From NCBI GenBank assembly GCA_003133025.1, contig PKZK01000093.1, positions 1-12,338 on the forward strand: a DNA stretch of 12,338 nt. Reading direction: 5' to 3'. The stretch comes from Vulcanimicrobiota bacterium. Lineage in GTDB: Bacteria; Vulcanimicrobiota; Vulcanimicrobiia; Vulcanimicrobiales; Vulcanimicrobiaceae. Position 1 is the stretch's first letter; every line of letters begins with the position of its first letter. Under the pieces are notes generated by a model. The model worked only from the letters and a program-made list of their open reading frames with translations, did no database searches and had not been told where the DNA came from. Below are positions 7,627 through 12,338 of the stretch, one piece after another. The position numbers and the translations under genes were made by a program.

Positions 7627-9089
7627 CCGCGCCCGGCCGTTCCGGCGATCTCGGTCTCGTGCGCGACGTACGTGCCGGGACGATCGCCGCAGAGGCGCGG
7701 CGTAGGAAAGACTTTGCCCGGATTGAAGGCGACCGCCGGATCGAAGGCACAGCGCACGAAGTTCATCGTCTCCAGGTCGGCTTCGTTGAAGATCTCGCCC
7801 ATGTAGGCTGCCTTGTCGGCGCCGACGCCGTGTTCGCCCGTGATCGATCCACCGTGGCGCACGCAGATCTTCAAGATCTCGCCCGCAACCTGTTCGGCGG
7901 CGTGTTCTTCACCCTCGACGCGCGCATCGAAGAGCACCAGCGGATGCAAATTACCGTCGCCGGCGTGGAAAACGTTGGCCACGCGCAAGCCCGCGCGCGC
8001 GCCCGCGGCGGCGATCTCGCGCAGCACGGGCCCGATCTCCGAGCGCGGTATCACGCCGTCTTGGACGTAATAGTTGGGACTGATGCGGCCGACCGCGGCA
8101 AAAGCCGATTTGCGCCCCTTCCACATCAACTGCCGCTCGCGCGCATCGCGCGGCGTGCGCACCTCGAGCGCGCCGCTGAGCTGCGCGATTTCCACGGCAC
8201 GCGTAGCGGTGTGATCCGCCTCGGCGGCAGTGCCGTCGACGTCGATCAAGAGCGCCGCGCCGACGTCGAGCGGCCAGTCGACGCCCGTTGCTTTGACGAT
8301 CGCCTCGATCGCGAGTCGATCCATCATCTCGACCGCTGCCGGCACGATGCCCGCGGCCACGATGCCCGACACGCAGGCGCCCGCCTCGTCGGTGGAAGGG
8401 AAGGTGGCGAAGAACGTGCGCGTCGCCTCGGGCGTGCGCAGGATGCGCACCACGGCCTCGGTTACGATGCCCACGAGGCCTTCGCTGCCGACGAGCACCG
8501 CCATCAAGTCGTAGCCCAGCGGGTCGGCGCCCGCCGAGCCGAGTTCGACGATCTCGCCCTCGGCGGTGACGATCGTGGCGCCCACGACGTGGTTGACCGT
8601 AAATCCGTACTTGAGACAGTGCGCTCCGCCGGAATTCTCCGCGATGTTGCCGCCGATCGAACAGATGCTCTGCGACGACGGATCGGGCGCATAATAGTAG
8701 CCGTCGGCGGCGATGGCGCGCGAGACGTCGAGGTTGATGACGCCGGGCTGCACGCGCATGCGCTGGTTCTCCAGATCGATCGCGAGAATCCGCTTCATGC
8801 GCGAGAGCCCGATCACGATGCAGCCCGCGACCGGCAGCGCGCCGCCGGAGAGGCCCGTGCCCGCGCCGCGCGGCACGATCGGCAGACCGTAGCGCCGGGC
8901 AACGCGCACGACCGCGGCGGTCTCCTCGGTCGTCGCGGGCAAGACCACCACCCGCGGCCGGACGCGCGTTCCGGTCAAACCGTCGCATTCGTAGGTGCGC
9001 AGCTCCCCGGGATCGACGATGCAGTTGGCAGCGCCGACGATGTCGCTCAGTTCCCGCTCGATGCCGGGGCTCGCAGTCGTCACAGTCAT
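7623..9089 (-). CDS. glcD: Glycolate oxidase subunit GlcD (FAD-linked oxidase), 488 aa
   Basis: YECDG, PRGAGTGLSGGA, YAPDPSSQ, IGGNIAENSGGAHCLKYG, GSEG, FHAGDGNLHP, GEHGVG and FDP...NPGK. Start reassigned to ATG 9089 (MTVTTAS). The track's extension to 9461 would overlap the divergent gene. Confidence 0.94.
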   Translation of the reverse strand: MTVTTASPGIERELSDIVGAANCIVDPGELRTYECDGLTGTRVRPRVVVLPATTEETAAVVRVARRYGLPIVPRGAGTGLSGGALPVAGCIVIGLSRMKRILAIDLENQRMRVQPGVINLDVSRAIAADGYYYAPDPSSQSICSIGGNIAENSGGAHCLKYGFTVNHVVGATIVTAEGEIVELGSAGADPLGYDLMAVLVGSEGLVGIVTEAVVRILRTPEATRTFFATFPSTDEAGACVSGIVAAGIVPAAVEMMDRLAIEAIVKATGVDWPLDVGAALLIDVDGTAAEADHTATRAVEIAQLSGALEVRTPRDARERQLMWKGRKSAFAAVGRISPNYYVQDGVIPRSEIGPVLREIAAAGARAGLRVANVFHAGDGNLHPLVLFDARVEGEEHAAEQVAGEILKICVRHGGSITGEHGVGADKAAYMGEIFNEADLETMNFVRCAFDPAVAFNPGKVFPTPRLCGDRPGTYVAHETEIAGTAGRG

Positions 9090-9160
9090 GTCGTCGTTGA
9101 GACGCCGCGTTCGACGGTGGGGATGCCGCGGCCTCGACTGCTCGCTTGCTCGCACCCACC

Positions 9161-9190
9161 TTGACCCGGACCGCGCCTTTCCCTTATCGT
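9161..9190 (+). promoter_or_regulatory. Candidate sigma70-type promoter for the beta-helix gene
   Basis: TTGACC (9161-9166), an 18-bp spacer, then TATCGT (9185-9190). Confidence 0.45.
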
Positions 9191-9245
9191 GAAGGCCGAA
9201 ATTGAAGGTTGAAGCGGGCGTCTCTCTGATGCACCGTTCTTTTTT

Positions 9246-9253
9246 GGGAGGTG
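9246..9253 (+). promoter_or_regulatory. Strong Shine-Dalgarno sequence GGGAGGTG
   Basis: Ends 4 nt before the TTG start at 9258. Confidence 0.75.
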
Positions 9254-9257
9254 TTCC

Positions 9258-10175
9258 TTGAAGTTTCTTTCTGGGCTCGCCGCGGTTGCCGGCGTTGCCG
9301 CACTCGTCGCTGCGGGCGTTCACGGTGCGGTCGCGGCCTCGCACGCAGCGCCGCCCTTCGGCGCGAGCAAAGCTCCGGTTACGGGCAAGGCTGCGAGCGG
9401 CGTACAGCCGTTCGTCAAGGCCGGCCACGGGCCGCGTCCGTTCATGCGGCGCGACGAGCAAGGCCCGGGCTGTACCGTGGTCAATCCCTCACAGGTGCTC
9501 AGCCAGTCGCTCTACGGCTCGCCGCCGTATTCGGCTGCGGTCGCGGTGACCACGAACGGCGCCACCGTCAACGCGACCAACGTCAATGCCGCAGGCTGCG
9601 ACTTCGGCATCTACGTCGCGCCCGGCGTCTCCGGCGTCACGGTCACCGGCAACGTCGTCCACGACGCATTTCAAGTCGGCATCATGGTCGATAGCGCTTC
9701 GAACGTAAACGTGCGGGGCAATCAGGTTTCGCAAACCGGCTGGCACGATCAGAACGGCTACGATCCCAACGGCGTGCAGACCGGACTCGCGATCTACTAT
9801 CTCGCCGCATCGGGCGACATCGCCGATAACTTCGTGACGCAGTACCAGAAGAACGGCATCACCGCCAACCTTGCGGCCATCGTCTCGCTGGAGAACAACG
9901 TCGCGATCGGTCTGGGCTCGGAATCCAACCCCACGCAGTTCATCGCGCAGAACGGCTACCAAATCTACGAAGCCACGCTGTCGAACGCGACGGGGAACTT
10001 CTCCGCCTACAACTTCTACGCCAACCCGAGCTATGCCGCGACGGGCTATCTGCTCTGCGACGCCACCACGCCCGCCGGCAAGATCATCAACAAGTCCGAG
10101 TTCTACGGTAAAGCCCCCAACGCCAATACCAGTCAACAGAACAACATCAACATCTACGCAGCCAAGAGCTGCTGA
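9258..10175 (+). CDS. Secreted right-handed parallel beta-helix (pectin-lyase-like/NosD-like fold) protein, 305 aa
   Basis: Signal peptide-like N-terminus (MKFLSGLAAVAGVAALVAAGVHGAVAA). Repeating GI.V / V.V.GN.V units rich in Asn, Gly and Val (GVTVTGNVV, VNVRGNQV, IADNFV, LENNVA). YQKNGI and AQNGYQI motifs. Confidence 0.8.
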   Translation: MKFLSGLAAVAGVAALVAAGVHGAVAASHAAPPFGASKAPVTGKAASGVQPFVKAGHGPRPFMRRDEQGPGCTVVNPSQVLSQSLYGSPPYSAAVAVTTNGATVNATNVNAAGCDFGIYVAPGVSGVTVTGNVVHDAFQVGIMVDSASNVNVRGNQVSQTGWHDQNGYDPNGVQTGLAIYYLAASGDIADNFVTQYQKNGITANLAAIVSLENNVAIGLGSESNPTQFIAQNGYQIYEATLSNATGNFSAYNFYANPSYAATGYLLCDATTPAGKIINKSEFYGKAPNANTSQQNNINIYAAKSC

Positions 10176-10195
10176 CCCAAGCACGGCGCCGGGCG

Positions 10196-10525
10196 ATGCG
10201 CAGACGGCTTCCGCTGCTCCGCTTCGCCCGCGCGTCGCTGCTCGCCGGATTCTGCGCGCTCGTCGCCTGCGCGAGAGCGACGCAGCCGGCGGCCGACACG
10301 CTACGCCTCGTTTCGGGCGCCGACCCGCCGGGCCTCAACCCGCTGGTTTTCGACAACGCGGCCGGAGATCGCGAGATCACGAGCCGGCTCGTGGAACGAA
10401 GCGATCTCCTCTTCCTCGGATTCACCCGCGAAGGCGTCGCGTTTCGCGACGACATCGCGGGCATCGTTCCGGCCGTGACCGGCACCCATCTTTGGAACGT
10501 CTGGGCCTGGCACCGCGTGCGCTAG
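10196..10525 (+). CDS. 109-aa predicted lipoprotein resembling an internally deleted family-5 (OppA/DppA-like) ABC solute-binding protein; may be a pseudogene
   Basis: Basic N-terminus, hydrophobic stretch and lipobox LVAC (Cys25). TLRL...DP.GLNPL resembles the N-terminus of family-5 binding proteins. I...L.....LFL....A.RDDI.G..P.....WNV..W resembles their C-terminus. Confidence 0.6.
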   Translation: MRRRLPLLRFARASLLAGFCALVACARATQPAADTLRLVSGADPPGLNPLVFDNAAGDREITSRLVERSDLLFLGFTREGVAFRDDIAGIVPAVTGTHLWNVWAWHRVR

Positions 10526-10592
10526 GTGCCTGTAGGGCCGCCGTTTGCGCATTCGGCGCCGAATTTGTTCGACGAAGTATCCGGCCGCGCGA

Positions 10593-11036
10593 TCACGCGT
10601 GCGCGAGCTTGAGGACCGGACGTTTCTCGTCGAGATCGAGGAGGTCGAACCACGTCGTCACGTCGGGCCGGTCTTTTGCGACCTCGTCGTGGAGCTGCTT
10701 GAAGTAGGTCTCGCTCTCGCTGCCCGGCTCGGGCTTCCAATTGGTGCGATCGCGATTGAACGCGTCGATTTCGGCCGTCGTCTTCTTCGCGATGAACGCG
10801 TCGCGGACCCAACGCTCGATGGCGGCGTCGTCCTTCAACTCGGCGACCTTCGCAGCAAACGTCGCAGCGTCGACGCCTAGGAAGGCGAGCACCGGCTTGT
10901 CGTGCGGGCAGTCGTAGTGATATTCGCCGAGCGTGCCTTCGTTGAAGGCGCGCGCCTTGTCGGTCATACGCGCGAGCGAAACGATGCCGTCCATCTTCTG
11001 CTTGGGGCTGCGCGGGTAATTCTTGGTGAGATCCAT
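10593..11036 (-). CDS. DUF5069-like protein, 147 aa
   Basis: MDLTKNYPRSP...LARMTDKARA...GTLGEYHYDCPHD...FLG and WFDLLDLDE match my recollection of this family. Start reassigned to ATG 11036. Confidence 0.8.
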   Translation of the reverse strand: MDLTKNYPRSPKQKMDGIVSLARMTDKARAFNEGTLGEYHYDCPHDKPVLAFLGVDAATFAAKVAELKDDAAIERWVRDAFIAKKTTAEIDAFNRDRTNWKPEPGSESETYFKQLHDEVAKDRPDVTTWFDLLDLDEKRPVLKLAHA

Positions 11037-11042
11037 GGAACG

Positions 11043-11048
11043 AGTATG
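11043..11048 (-). promoter_or_regulatory. Candidate -10 element CATACT for a leaderless DUF5069 transcript
   Basis: The minus strand reads GGGCATACT-cgttcc-ATG, with 6 nt between the hexamer and the start codon and no Shine-Dalgarno sequence. Confidence 0.4.
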
Positions 11049-11137
11049 CCCCGAAAGGCGAGGGCTCTCACCCGGCTCGGGCGGTTCGGCGCAATATGCC
11101 GAAAGTCCCGACAAGGGAGGTGGGGACCGCCGGGGCG

Positions 11138-11497
11138 ATGCTGGAATCCGAGTCGCCCATGGAGGTCCGGCTGGTGCAGCTCCTCGGATCCGTGATCACG
11201 ACGACGTGTTCGTATGCGCTCGCGCGCCTCGAATTCGCGATGAAGCACCGCGATCTGCCCGCGCCCCCGCTGATCGATCGCCTGCCCGACGCGTCCGCCG
11301 AGTCGTTGGCGGCCCGGTGGGCCGAGTTCGAGCGCCAACTCGACGACGCTCGGCGCTTTTTGCGCCGGATCGATGACGCGCGCAACAAGCGGGCGGTCTA
11401 CGACCCGTCCTACGCATGGCTCCTTCGGACCACCCGCGAACTCGACCAATACGCCCGCGCCGTGCGCTGGGTGATGACCGTCGAGGAGGGGCGCTGA
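11138..11497 (+). CDS. Hypothetical alpha-helical protein (about 112-133 aa depending on the start)
   Basis: G/C-rich third positions and plausible protein composition. Divergent from the DUF5069 gene and 16 bp upstream of the next gene. Alternative ATGs at 11096 and 11159. Confidence 0.7.
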   Translation: MLESESPMEVRLVQLLGSVITTTCSYALARLEFAMKHRDLPAPPLIDRLPDASAESLAARWAEFERQLDDARRFLRRIDDARNKRAVYDPSYAWLLRTTRELDQYARAVRWVMTVEEGR

Positions 11498-11513
11498 CGC
11501 CCGGAGAGAGACC

Positions 11514-11867
11514 ATGAGCTGGAACGACACCCTCAATAAAGTCCTGAGCCAGGCCCGCGAACTGCAGCGCAGCGCCGCGGAAGCGGTCAACCGGACCGCC
11601 GAAGATCTCAAGCCTCAGGTGCAACAGTCGATCGAACACGCGCAAGAGTTGCAAGCCACGTTGACGCGCCACGCCACAGAAAGCGGGCAGGTCGCCGCCG
11701 AACAGAGTCAGGTGCTTCTCGGCCATCTGGGCGAATACGTCAAGCTCGGACAAAACGCGCTGCGCGAGAGCGCCGAACAGGCGCGTACCGTGGCGGTCGC
11801 GATGACCGAACAGGCCAAGAAGGTCGTCGACGCTGCCGCGGCCGCCGTCGACAAGAAGCCCGGCTAA
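11514..11867 (+). CDS. Hypothetical amphipathic helical protein, 117 aa, rich in Ala/Gln/Glu
   Basis: GGAGAGAG ribosome-binding site before the ATG, strong codon bias, and a long helix-forming sequence with few aromatic residues. Confidence 0.8.
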   Translation: MSWNDTLNKVLSQARELQRSAAEAVNRTAEDLKPQVQQSIEHAQELQATLTRHATESGQVAAEQSQVLLGHLGEYVKLGQNALRESAEQARTVAVAMTEQAKKVVDAAAAAVDKKPG

Positions 11868-11870
11868 ACC

Positions 11871-12338
11871 CTAAGGGACGGAGACCAGGCTCGGCGCGCT
11901 CTCGCGCGCGGCGGGTTCCTCACTGGGCGGAGCCAACTTCGCGAAGTGCGAGAGTGATGTGGGCCACTGGTCGAGGAGCCGCCGGGCCGTGAGCGAGCCG
12001 GTTGCCGCTTCGTGGCGCTGCAACAACCTGCGCAGGCGTTCGCTATCGGGGTCGTCGGCGCGGGCCGGCGCGAGCCGGCACGAGGTCGGGCCGAGCGGAA
12101 GCGCGTGCGTTGCGGGGTCGAAGGGCGACTCGGTCGCGACGAATGCGACGCCGCCGCTCATGCCGCTGGCGAAATTCTTACCGACGGGCCCCAAGATCGC
12201 GACGAACCCGGCGGTCATGTACTCGCAGGCGTGATCGCCCGTGCCCTCGACCACGAGTTCCGCGCCGCTGTTGCGCACCGCGAAGCGTTCGCCGGCGATG
12301 CCGCGCAGGAAACCCTCGCCGCCGCGCGCGCCGTAGAA
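11871..12338 (-). CDS. gltB: Glutamate synthase large subunit, C-terminal GXGXG domain; 5' part lies outside the window
   Basis: The frame is open from the right edge: FYGARGGEGFLRGIAGERFAVRNSGAELVVEGTGDHACEYMTAG...GKNFASGMSGG, the conserved GltB C-terminal signature. Confidence 0.93.
   Translation of the reverse strand, partial: FYGARGGEGFLRGIAGERFAVRNSGAELVVEGTGDHACEYMTAGFVAILGPVGKNFASGMSGGVAFVATESPFDPATHALPLGPTSCRLAPARADDPDSERLRRLLQRHEAATGSLTARRLLDQWPTSLSHFAKLAPPSEEPAARESAPSLVSVP

Noticed and set aside
6511..9164. Long antisense ORFs 6511..7806 and 7659..9164, and off-frame ORFs 6593..7750 and 7951..9159
   Set aside because: Mirror frames of glcE and glcD with low-complexity translations.
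9090..9461. 124-aa N-terminal extension of GlcD in the ORF track
   Set aside because: It crosses the divergent promoter region and overlaps the beta-helix gene. GlcD similarity begins near ATG 9089.
9258..10175. Calling the beta-helix protein nosD
   Set aside because: No nosZ, nosF, nosY or nosL context. A shared fold does not establish orthology.
9258..10525. Possible horizontally acquired island (beta-helix gene plus mini-lipoprotein)
   Set aside because: The higher A content follows from Asn/Tyr/Thr-rich coding, and third positions remain G/C-rich. I saw no integrase, transposase, tRNA or flanking direct repeats.
1..12338. CRISPR array, tRNA/rRNA, insertion sequences, defence or phage genes, recoded stop codons
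   Set aside because: No regularly spaced repeats, cloverleaf, terminal inverted repeats or relevant protein motifs were seen. The recognised genes show no internal stops or frameshifts.

Overview
High-GC bacterial chromosomal window of mostly metabolic genes. I found no mobile element, CRISPR array or RNA gene. Left: the 5' part of an ETF:quinone oxidoreductase (FixC/EtfD type; minus strand, missing from the ORF track), divergent from a LarA-family nickel-pincer 2-hydroxy-acid racemase. Middle: one minus-strand run, in transcription order glcD-glcE-glcF, a PAS-PAS-GGDEF(AADEF)-EAL protein, an M14/AstE-like zinc hydrolase and a 78-aa four-Cys protein. Right: a secreted beta-helix protein, a 109-aa lipoprotein that looks like the two ends of a family-5 ABC solute-binding protein fused in frame, a DUF5069-like protein, two small helical hypothetical proteins, and the 3' end of gltB with no gltD after it. 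The best leads are (1) a possible racemase + GlcDEF + ETF-QO 2-hydroxy-acid module with an embedded c-di-GMP phosphodiesterase and (2) the collapsed solute-binding protein. Neither is proven novel. All family calls come from motif recognition by eye, not from database searches.
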